Position numbers and translations under genes: made by a program. Below the pieces are notes generated by a model that ran no database searches, was not told the origin of the DNA, and was given only the letters and a program-made list of their open reading frames with translations. From the NCBI GenBank assembly GCA_009103225.1, contig RHPI01002503.1, positions 381,456 through 432,167 of the forward strand: a stretch of 50,712 bases of DNA, read 5' to 3'. The DNA is from Chlorokybus atmophyticus. Lineage: Eukaryota; Plantae; Mesostigma and Chlorokybus algae. The number at the start of each line of letters is the position of its first letter. Position 1 is the stretch's first letter. Of this stretch, positions 1-10,100 are shown piece after piece.

Positions 1-1
1 C

Positions 2-1656
2 CGCTCGCAACGAAGATCGGCTGCAGCAGCCACCTACAGTCTTACAAAAAGCTCACGTGTGCCTCGTGCCCGAACGCAGCCGAGGACAACTGCAACGAGC
101 TCGAGCCCGAGCCTAAACGCTGAAGAGGACTCTCCTACACCGTACGATGAGTCTCAGGAGACTGTCACCAAAGAAGTGGCCTTTCAGGAGCCATCCGAGC
201 GTCGCTGGAGCGCACAAGTAGCAGCACACATGCTGCTGACCAGGCCTCAGCTCACTGCACACTTCCCTGTCTACAAAGACCAGGCTACAGTGCAGGAGCA
301 GTACCACATAGCTACGGGAGTTGTGGAGTTCCACATGTTCCGCCGACAACAAGGCATCACCGTGCTGGAGCTGTTCGGAGGCATAGGCAGTGGGCTTGCG
401 GCTGTCCTCAACACAGGAACAACAGTCACCAAGTACCTCTACTGTGACCCTGACCCTCAGGCACAGGAGGCTCTGAGCCATCATTTACGACAGCTGCACC
501 AGCGCTACCCGCAGCAGATACCACTGTCGGCACTGCAAGGGAGCCAGAAGCTCTACCGCAGGACATCCGCTGAATTACCAAGGATCACCTGCAGGCAGTC
601 GGCAACGTTGACCTGCTGATAGCAGGATGGGAGTGTCAAGGGCACTCCAGGGCAGGCAGAGGCCAAGGGCTCTCTGATCCTCGCTCACAGCTGTTCTGGG
701 AGCTAATGAGAGTCATCAAACTCCTACAGACCAGTCAGATCGCTAGGCCCTTGGGGTACATCATCGAGAATGTGCACTCCGAGGATGACAAGCGGCATCA
801 CGTCGCTAAAGCCTATCGACAAGTATGCTCCTTGCTGGGGCATCCTCTCAAAATCAACGCCGCGCGTCATGGATCTCGCGCACACCGCGTCCGCGCCAAG
901 TGGACCAACCTGGCCATTGTAGAGGACCTGTTTCTGGCAGAATACCTATACAGCAATCGGCCACGAAATCTCGTCGTCGATGACATCCTGGACCCTGGAC
1001 GCACAGCGCAGCCGGTCACACGCCGTGACCGCCACCACTTCTACCAGTGCAACCAGCCTGGTCAGCCGCGCCGCGCACTACCCACGCTTGTATCCTATCC
1101 AGGCTCCTACGCGTTCCGCAATGGAGGCGACGGCATGGTGTTGGACTCCAACACTGGACAGCTGGAAGAACCCAATGCCCGCGAGCGCGAGCGTGCTATG
1201 GGATTCTTTCCAGGCAGCATCACAGGCTCCACGCTGACAACCAGTCAACAGTGTCAGTTGTTAGGGCGCGCCATGGATCAGAACAGCATGGTGTGGTACT
1301 TGGAAATGTGCTTTGCTCTCCAGGACCGCCATGTGTCCTTCCGGAAGCTCGAACACCTGGCTGGGGGGTGGATTGCTCGCTTTTCAGAGACCAAAGCAGC
1401 ACACACCGCCCTCGAGACCGCCCACATGGAGGAGCAGGCAGCAGTCACTGTGGAAGACATTCCAGTGGTCGCCAACGCTACCTCGTGGTCCCACGCCATT
1501 GGACCGCTGGCCACAGGCCAGACTCGAGAGCAACTCGAGGCTCTCCTCAACAAGTGGAGGAGCCAATTCAGTTTCATTGTGAAGGAGCTGGGCATCTGCT
1601 CAGCATACCAGATGGACATTGAACTAGTAAACACCGAACCGGTGTTCAGAAAATAG
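2..1656 (+). pseudogene. Retrotransposon-encoded C5-cytosine DNA methyltransferase domain (DNMT3-like), disrupted
   Basis: Motif I LELFGGIG (365-388), motif IV DLLIAGWECQGHS with catalytic Cys at 634-636, motif VI ENV (766-774), motif VIII HRVRAKW (883-903), motif IX RERERAMGF (1180-1206), motif X LLGRAM (1258-1275), all in canonical order. Frameshift near 545 and in-frame TGA at 571-573. The frame is open from base 2, so it continues upstream of the window. Confidence 0.9.
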
Positions 1657-4621
1657 TACCGCCTCTCCAAGCTAGAAGAAGACTTGGTGGAACAGAGGTG
1701 CAAGGCGCTGCTAGATGCAGGCCTGATCGAGGAGTCCACATCGGACTTTGCGGCCGCGACCGTCATGCCCCTGAAGAAAGATTCAGCAGGCAACTGGACA
1801 CACCAACGCATGTGTGGCGACTATCGCCCCCTCAACAACAAGACCAAGCAGGACAGGTATCCAATGCCTACCGCAGAAGGCATCTTTGACGATGTAGGAG
1901 AATGCACGGTCTTTAGTATCTTGGATATGCGCCAAGGGTACAACCAGATCGCCATCAAGGAGGAGGACAAGCACAAGACTTCCTTTTGGGGAAACCGGCA
2001 GCTGTACCAGTGGAAGGTCATGCCCCTTCGGGCTGAAGAACGCTCCGGCCAAGTTCCAGCGCGTCATGGACAAAGCCCTAAAGAGGTTGGACTTCGCACG
2101 CTGCTACATTGACGACATCCTCATCTTCAGTCACAGCAATAAGGAGCATCTCCAGCACATCGAAGAGGTGCTACAGAGGCTGAAGGAAGTCGGGATGACG
2201 GTGCACCCTGACAAGTGCACCTTCTTCACCCACAAGGTACCCTACCTAGGACACATGATTGTGCCCCATGGTGTGTACGTACAGCAGGCCAAAGTGGAGG
2301 CACTGGTGGCTATCCCTGCCCCCACAGACCTCACGCGGCTGCGGGCCTTCCTCGGCCTTACCAACTATTACCGTCGGTTTGTCAAAGACTTTGCCAAGAT
2401 CGCAAGGCCTCTCAACGAACTACTGAAGAAGGACACCGAGTTCTTGTGGAAGGAGGCACAACAGGAGGCCTTTCAGGAGCTGAAGCTCCGCCTCACCACA
2501 GCTCCCATTCTGCAACGCCCTGACTACACCAGGTCGTTCATCCTGCACACAGACTGGAGCAAGCTCGGCATGGGGGCCGTGCTCGTACAGCATGACAACA
2601 ACAAGAAGGAGCGCGTAGTGTCGTACACCAGCCGCAGCAACAACAGTGCTGAGGCCAACTACAGCAGCTACGAAGGGGAGTGTCTCGCCGCAGTGTGGGC
2701 CATCTCCTTCTTCCGACCCTTTCTGTTTGGACGGCAGTTCCAACTGGTCACTGACCATCAACCCCTCAAGTGGCTAATGAACAACCAGCACTTGACAGGA
2801 AAGTTAGCACGATGGGCGCTGCTGCTCCAGGAGTACGACTTCGAGGTGGAACACCGCGCAGGCCTTGCCAACCAGGATGCGGATGGCCTCAGCCGTAACC
2901 CCCACCTCAGCACCAACGACGCCACAGGTGCCCGACATGAGTTGGGTCCTACAGCTGCACCTTCAGGTGTGGCCACCTTGTTCGCTGTCGCTGCGCTGCG
3001 CTCGGGACGCAGGACTCAGACCGCTGAGGCAGCAGCAGACGGGGACATGCCCGCTCTCGAGCCCGCCATCACCACCACCGATCCTTTATCAGAAGAAGCA
3101 ATCGCTGCCGACCCTGAGGTGGATGATGAGGAGCTGGCACCCACCGACACACGACAAGACATCTGGCTGGACGAGCCATCGCTCGCACTGCTTCAGACTG
3201 GACAACTTCCAGCAGGCATGAGCGCACGCGAGAAGGACCGCGTCCGACAACGCACTCAGCGTTACCGCTGGGCCAACGACAGGCTGTATCGACGGATACA
3301 AGATGCAGATCAGGAGGTCCCCACACCAGCTGCACGTGAAGGCATCATCTCCTCCCTTCACACCGAGCTCGGGCACTTCGGTGTCAAGCGCACGGTCAGC
3401 CTGGTCAGGACCCAGTACTGGTGGTATGGGGTGCACAGACAGGTGCGGGAGTTCGTCAGCAACTGTCAGCAGTGTGACATGGTTCGCGCCAGCCTCAACA
3501 CGCGCAATGCCACCTTGCATCCCCTTCCCATTTCCGGGTTGTTCTACCGCTGGGGACTGGACATCCTCGGAGACCTAGCGCCCTCAGCGCGAGGCAACCG
3601 CTACATCCTCGTCATGATCGAGCACTTCTCCAAGTGGGTGGAGCTGGTGCCCCTGCCCGACAAGAGCAGTGAGGGAGTAGCCCAGGCTTTCCTCTCCCAT
3701 GTACTCGGACGCTTCGGCAGCTGCGCTGAAGTCATCACCGACCAGGGTACGGAGTTCAGAGGAGCCTTCGACAAGCTTATCGACAGATGCTTCATCGACC
3801 ATCGTCGCACCTCACGCGACCACCCGCAGGCCGACGGCCTCGCCGAACGTACCGTGCAGACCATCAAGAAGGCACTGCGCAAGTACGTCCTCGCCTACGA
3901 GAAGAATACCTGGGATGATCACCTCCCATGGGTAGCAATGGGCTACCGGCTGTCCAAGCAGGCAGCCCTGCGAGAGTACAGCCCATACTATCTACTGTTC
4001 GGAAGGCAGCCATTGCTCCCTTTCCGCGCACAGCAGGAGGTCGACAGAGTGGTGGACAATCTCGACAACCCCGACGAGATGTTGTATGATCTGACAGTGC
4101 GCAGTGCGCTGTTCGAACACACAGTCCCCATGGCCTTCAACAACCTGCGCATCGCGCAGCACCGCGACACGCTGCGTTACGAGCGTGTGCGCAGTGGTTT
4201 CTACAAGGAGCGGGAGCGCCGCTTCGAGTCAGGAGACTTCGTCTACCGTATGGCGTCTACACGCGACACCCTCGATACCTCCGTCGGGCGTGCTGTCTAC
4301 AAGGTATTGAAGGTGCACCCCACAGGGGTACTGGACCTGTTGGGACAACGAGGCGAGCGCATGAAGGACAACATGGTCAACTGTGCGCCCTGTCATCTCC
4401 CCTACATTGCTGGCTTCACCAAGATCCAGCACCCGCGTCCGCTGCGCAGCACCCGATGCGAGAAGTGTGGCAGCGCCGACGACGACCCATTGATGATGTT
4501 ATGCGACGGCTGTAATCAAGGCATGCACTGCTACTGCCTTGACCCTCCACTGGACGCAGTACCCTTGTGGGAGTACTGGTGCGATGACTGCCGCATCAAC
4601 GGTCCCCCACACAGTCGGTAG
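1657..4621 (+). pseudogene. pol: reverse transcriptase - RNase H - integrase - PHD finger
   Basis: In frame with the DNMT ORF across TAG 1654-1656 (EPVFRK*YRLS). RT motifs RMCGDYRPLN, LDMRQGYNQI and KVMP/FGLKNAPAKFQR, the last interrupted by an extra C at 2023-2026, then YIDD. RNase H and DDE integrase lie in ORF 2066-4621. Confidence 0.93.
4457..4591 (+). other. PHD finger (C4HC3) at the integrase C-terminus
   Basis: CEKC..MLCDGC..MHCYC..PPL..VP..YWCDDC matches the Cys4-His-Cys3 PHD spacing. Confidence 0.92.
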
Positions 4622-4659
4622 GAACTGAGTTCTGGAGCAGAGGGCTACCCCAGAATCTC

Positions 4660-4667
4660 AGGGGGGG
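4660..4667 (+). promoter_or_regulatory. Polypurine tract (plus-strand primer)
   Basis: AGGGGGGG about 40 nt after the pol stop, directly before TG. Confidence 0.75.
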
Positions 4668-5797
4668 TGGCTTGTTGACTGTGTGCACTACGACACAGTC
4701 TGTACACAAAGGTGGCGAGCAACATCGGCTCGTCCACTGCACTAAACACCGCGTAGGCTCATCTTCAAGCCTATGCCCACGATTGGGGGGTTGTCTTTTG
4801 CTTGCATGGCTCCAATGCAGTGCACGGCACTAGCATGCGTGCAGCACTAGCACTCCTCTGCAGCCTGTCCGAGACAAGGTTGCCCTCGACCATGGCAGGC
4901 ACGACAGCTGTCATGCCATCTACCCTCGCATGCCAGTTCTTCTCAAGCATGCCTACACCCAGCCCCACGCCCGGGCTACCAGCATGAAGACCGCGCGAGC
5001 CCCAGCCTACTGCTAGCTACTGTATCACTCATGTAGCATGTAGCTAGGGCTACTTTATAGACCTGTCTGTAGGGACCGCGCGTAGCTGATCAGTTGTAAG
5101 TCTGTTAAGAACACATGTGCTATATCGAGTCTTAGGAGATTTCCGAAATAGCATGAGGCCTCGATGTGACCGTTGGCCTAGTGCCCGCGTGGCACTGCAC
5201 GGTCATGATTTGACATGTATAAGTAGAAAGTCACGTCACCAGACTGGCTGGTGACACTGTAAGTGAGTACTGTGAGTACTAGGAGTACTAAGAAGTAAAG
5301 ACTCTGTTTCTAAAGAGCTTGTGAAGCTACTTGAACTGGAAGCACGCTGCCCCAGTTGCCAAGAATTCCCTTACTGCGTGAGACACGGTGCATGCTCTTG
5401 TGCGCTGTGCCTGTCATTGCTGTGAGCTTGTCGGTGGTGTGTTGTTTCAGTAGTCAGGGTGTTGTATCCACGTGTTGCACACTCATTCACCTCACTTAAC
5501 AGTGTATCATTCTATCCGCTCATGCAAAGAACTGTGTCTACAGCACTACCTATCGTAGTGGCTTGTTGACTGTGTGCACTACGACACAGTCTGTACACAA
5601 AGGTGGCAAGCGGCATCGGCTCGTCCACTGCACTGAACACCGCGTAGGCTCATCTTCAAGCCTATGCCCACGATTGGGGGGTTGTCTTTTGCCTGCATGA
5701 CTCCGATGCAATGCACGGCACTAGCATGCGTGCAGCACTAGCACTCCTCCGCAGCCTGTCCGAGACAAGGTTGCCCTCGACCATGACAGGCACGACA
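4668..5797 (+). repeat. 239-bp direct repeat, copies 4668-4906 and 5559-5797
   Basis: Manual alignment gives 229/239 identical with no gaps; offset 891 bp. Confidence 0.97.
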
Positions 5798-5821
5798 AGA
5801 TCGTAAATCACGTAAACAACA
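4668..5821 (+). repeat. 3' LTR region (boundaries uncertain)
   Basis: Starts TG right after the PPT (TGGC at 4668 or TGTTG at 4673). TATA-like TATAAGTA near 5217. Candidate ends are CA at 5541-5542, CA at 5796-5797, or CAACA at 5817-5821, which would pair with TGTTG. The 5' LTR is not in the window for confirmation. Confidence 0.6.
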
Positions 5822-7195
5822 GCTGCATATAACAAACTCCAAGTAGGTGGAAAATGTTGTCAAGGCAAGCCAACAAGGAAGCATTCATGCCACATGGGGG
5901 CCAAGGCACAGGTACGCCCGGCCTGCTATAACAAGACATAAGACTAGATAATAGACCACCAAGACCCTCAAGCAGCAATAGGTGGGCGTGTACATCAGCA
6001 AGGGGCAGACGGAGTGCACAAGCACACCTAACCACCACCTGCAGAGTGTAGCGGAGCTGATCGTTGATATGTGCTTGTGTGGTATATTTGACATGTAACT
6101 CACGATGTCCAATATTTTGCTTCTTATGAAAGGCTCTTATAACTGGTTGAGTCAACTCGTTACAGGAGCCTTTAATACCTAGTTGATTAAGAAACGGTTT
6201 TTAACAATACAACAAGATGGTGTACTTTTACGTCAAGCGTATACAAGATGTGTTTGCATGATTGGAATATTAAGCCTTGCAATACTCATCTGAGTTACAC
6301 TTGGACTATGTGACTACACATAGGTATAGGAGTTCCGCATGTAAAGATATTAACTTTGCATTTTATTCATACATCTTAATAAAATATGACATGCGTTTAA
6401 TGTATTGATTGCATGTATGTTGATATAAGTAGACTCTACTGCTATGCATTTATGTATATGTCATTTTTATGCGTTATGTTCAATGCCGACATATTATTGA
6501 ACGAATGAAACAATAATATGTAAGGGTTAATGCCATATTCAATTTATGCCATGCATAAGCAACCAATTTGCTTGAAGAAGTGAATGCATAATAAGTATCA
6601 GTGGCTGACTTATATACAGCTACCAGGTATGTTGCATGCATCACTGGTTGATGCAAGACGCATCAACAATGAACACCGTTGAATCAACAGGTGACATACT
6701 GCAGACTGCTATGCACACATCAGTTCCTTATCTCACTATACACGCCATGTGTCGATGCTTGTAACAGGTCCCTGTGAGTTTGGTTGTAGGGAGATTTCCC
6801 GCCCTGCAACACTGATCGCGAAGCCCGCGGCCAGTGACTGTATTTATCGAGGTGCTCGGCGGAGCACCTGGATACACCTCGCCCTCCTCCTCCTTCTGCA
6901 TGCCGTTGGTCAGCACTGCACAGTGCTCAGGCTAGGCGAAATGGCTGGCATGGCTTGCACCTAATAGCCTACATTGTAACACCACATAGTTTCCTCCGCC
7001 CATCCTGTCAAGCAGCACAGCACAGACAACAGCACGCAACAGGGAATTAAGGAGGAAGTGGAGGAGGAGGAGCAGGTGGTGGTCGTGGACGTGGACGTGG
7101 AGGTGGAGGCGGAGGTGGAGGTGGAGCAGAGCCTCATGTATGGTTAGGGCTTGTAAGTAAGCTTTTTTTACTTTGGCTCAGCTTATTGTCTAGCT

Positions 7196-10100
7196 ATGGC
7201 AGTGCAGCTGCTGCGGCATGGTGCGGGAGGGCGGTGGGAGCTGGGTGAAGAGGCGTTGGCGGCTCTGGAGGCGGCGAGGGGTCCAGCGACGGTGGTGGCC
7301 GTTTGTGGGAGGTCTCGCCAAGGCAAGAGCTACGTGTTGAACCGTCTGCTGGGCCTGGACGGCAAGGCCGGCGGTTTCCGCGTGGGGTCCACGCACCAGG
7401 CTTGCACGCGCGGGCTGTGGCTGTGGCCCCGCGGCGTGAAGGTCCGCGACCACACCGTCTTCGTCCTCGACTCTGAGGGCATTGACGCCTACGACCAGAC
7501 CGCCACCACCTCCGTGCAGATTTTCAGCTATGCCGTCCTACTCTCCTCCCTGTTCGTCTACAACCAGGCAAGACTAGTTTGTCTCTCACTCATACACCTC
7601 TTATCACAAACGTCCGCAGCTTAAGCATGCATAATTGTTATACACCATCTAGTTCGTTGTGCATGCGCCTACCACATCGTTGCACAAGTCCAGCCCCAAC
7701 CGACAATAACACCACGTGTTGGTTACATTATTCCACTTGGCATGCAATGCTGCCGGTTAGCCTTAGCTCATGTCACATTGTCTGCAAAAGGCACGACGTA
7801 GCTGGTTGTTCAGGCTGCCAGCCAAAGATTGCATTAATTGTACACAGTTGTCTCATTAGACCACTGTAGTCACAGCTGATTGCTGACAGCTTAACTTGCA
7901 GAATGCAGTTGAGCATACGCCCCAAACCCTGCTATGCTGCATTGCAGATGGGTGGCATTGACGAAGCCGCTCTTGATCGGCTTGCACTCGTCACCGAGGT
8001 GGCCCGCAGGGTTGGTGCGAAGGCTGGTGCTGGCGACTCGTCTGCACCAACACTGGTCTGGCTGCTGAGAGACTTTTATTTAGAGTTGGCTGCTAATGGG
8101 CGTGCTGTCACCCCCAAACAGTACCTGGAGGAAGCCCTTACAACAGTTCCAGGCCAGGGTTCTGACATTGTGGCCAAGAATCAGGTCAGCTTGCTGCTTT
8201 GTCATCAGTGCCATTAGCTGAGTTGTCATACAGCAATGTGCGTACCCACACACATACACACGCGCATACGCAGGATATGCACACAATCGTTCAGTACTGC
8301 ATGTCATGTCATTTGCGTGCACATTATGCGTGTCGCGACCTTGTCACCTATTGACCAAGGCGCGCGCCGCTGCAACTGATGTTTGTCGTACTTCAGATTC
8401 GAGAGTCTATATGCACACTCTTTCCAGAGCGAGAGTGCTTCGCATTGGTGCGCCCTGTCAACGAGGAGCGCGATCTTCAACAGCTGGAGACTGTTGCAGT
8501 GAGCACTCACTCAACGCATACGTGGTGTGGCTTGCTGCTTGAGTAGTATGCAATGCGTGTGGATTGCACTGTCAATCAGGAATACACTGCTATGACGACC
8601 ATACCCCCATTGCAGCGCTTAGCAACAATGTGGATGGCAAACACTCACCGTGTTTTCCCAGGCAGACAAACTGCGGCCCCAGTTTCGGGAGGGTATGGCG
8701 GCCCTGACCAAGTATGTCATGTCACGCGCAGAACCAAAGCGCGTGCATGGCAGCATTCTCACAGGTCCGGCAATTGCCGGGCTTGCCAGGGCCTTTGCGC
8801 AGGCGCTCAACCAAGGAGCCGTCCCAACAATAGCGACTGCCTGGCAGAGTGTTGCGGAGAGCGAGTGCCGGCGCGCTTGCGATGCTGGGCTGGAAGCGTA
8901 CGATGCCAAGTTCGACAAGAACGTGCCTCCTGAAGTGGAGGCTCTGCGCGATGCACACGATGCTGCACTCGAGGCTGCCGTTGGCATCTTTCGTACAACG
9001 GCTCTTGGCGATCCAGCGACACAGCATGCATTCGAGCAACGCTTGATACAGAGTGCTACTGCTCGCTTCAAGGTCAGTCCACATTGCTCAACTCACAGCT
9101 GTCATTCAATTGAATGTACACAACCATTATACGCATGTTCTCGACAGGACTACAAGGAACGCGTATACGCTGTTGCGGCAGCAAAGACGTCCGATCTGGC
9201 AACTCGATTAGGGGATAAAGTCATGCAGGCAGTCAACAACCCGCAGACCACTGCGGAAGCCATATGCAAGTTGATCGAATCTGTCATTGTCGACTTTCAG
9301 AAAAATGCTGCTGGTCCTGACAAGCTTGAGAGGCTCGCGCAGTTCGCGAGCAAAGGGTAAGCATGGTTGTTCATATGCTCTTTGACTTGAATGCTTACAT
9401 GTTGCTCATGAGACTTGGGTTGGCATTGGTGCAGAGCAGTCCCTGCTTGCATGTCTTGGTTTCAGCGGCGGCTGGCAGCAAGCACGGAGGAGCTGCAGCG
9501 CATGAGTGCAGATATGCACTCAACGCGCCAGGCTGCAGAACGCGCTGCAGCGGAAGCGGCAGCCACACAGAAGGATTTCCAAACGCGCTCAGACGACACT
9601 GTGGCACAGCTGCGGAAGGATTTGGATCATGCGCGAAGTGACTTGCGCGAGCGCGATTCACAGCTCCGCGCCACAAGCACATCTGCTGAAACAGCACGGG
9701 TAAGCTTTGATCTTGTGGTCGCAGCATGTGATATTTCAGACACACCATCGCGAAAATTTATATTGGACACGCTTCTCATTTGCTATGATAGACAACAGCA
9801 GAGAACCGAGTCACAGAGCAGCGAGTGCGTGCAGAACGTGCTGAGGTGCAGCTGGCAACTTCGCATGAACAGCTTTCCGCGTTGCGTAAGGAGCACACGA
9901 CTGCTTCCACCAGGCTCAAGGTAACCAAGCTTTGCCTTCCTGGCAACAGCGTCATAGCAGACTCGTTGTGTGGCTGCTTAGCTTTAGTGTCCAATGCAGG
10001 AAGTCGAAGAGAGTGAACGCCGTCTGCGAGCCGACTGTGAACGTCTGCAGGTATATAGCACAATATGCTTATATCTTGCGGGTATGTGTTTTTTGTTGGT

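Larger units (their letters stand above)
1..5821 (+). mobile_element. Ty3/Gypsy LTR retrotransposon (3' portion; gag, protease and 5' LTR lie outside the window) carrying DNMT and PHD domains
   Basis: Domain order is DNMT, RT (YIDD at 2105-2116), RNase H (HTDWS..YEGE..TDH..DADGLSR), integrase (H..H..CQQC, LDILG, TDQG, LAERT), PHD. RT-RH-INT order is Gypsy-type. A polypurine tract (4660-4667) and an LTR-like region follow. The right boundary is uncertain. Confidence 0.93.

Noticed and set aside
353-1320. Bacterial restriction-modification methylase, contamination, or host DRM gene
   Set aside because: It is fused in frame to Gypsy RT and the element runs into spliced eukaryotic genes. Motif order is canonical, not the permuted DRM order, and there is no nuclease partner.
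1654-1656. Programmed stop-codon readthrough between DNMT and RT
   Set aside because: The TAG falls in the middle of the conserved pre-RT PVFxxxYRLS motif, lacks a CARYYA readthrough context, and the copy has three other lesions. Decay is the simpler explanation.
4668-5797. DIRS/PAT-type split direct repeats
   Set aside because: The element has a DDE integrase and a PPT, and no tyrosine recombinase.
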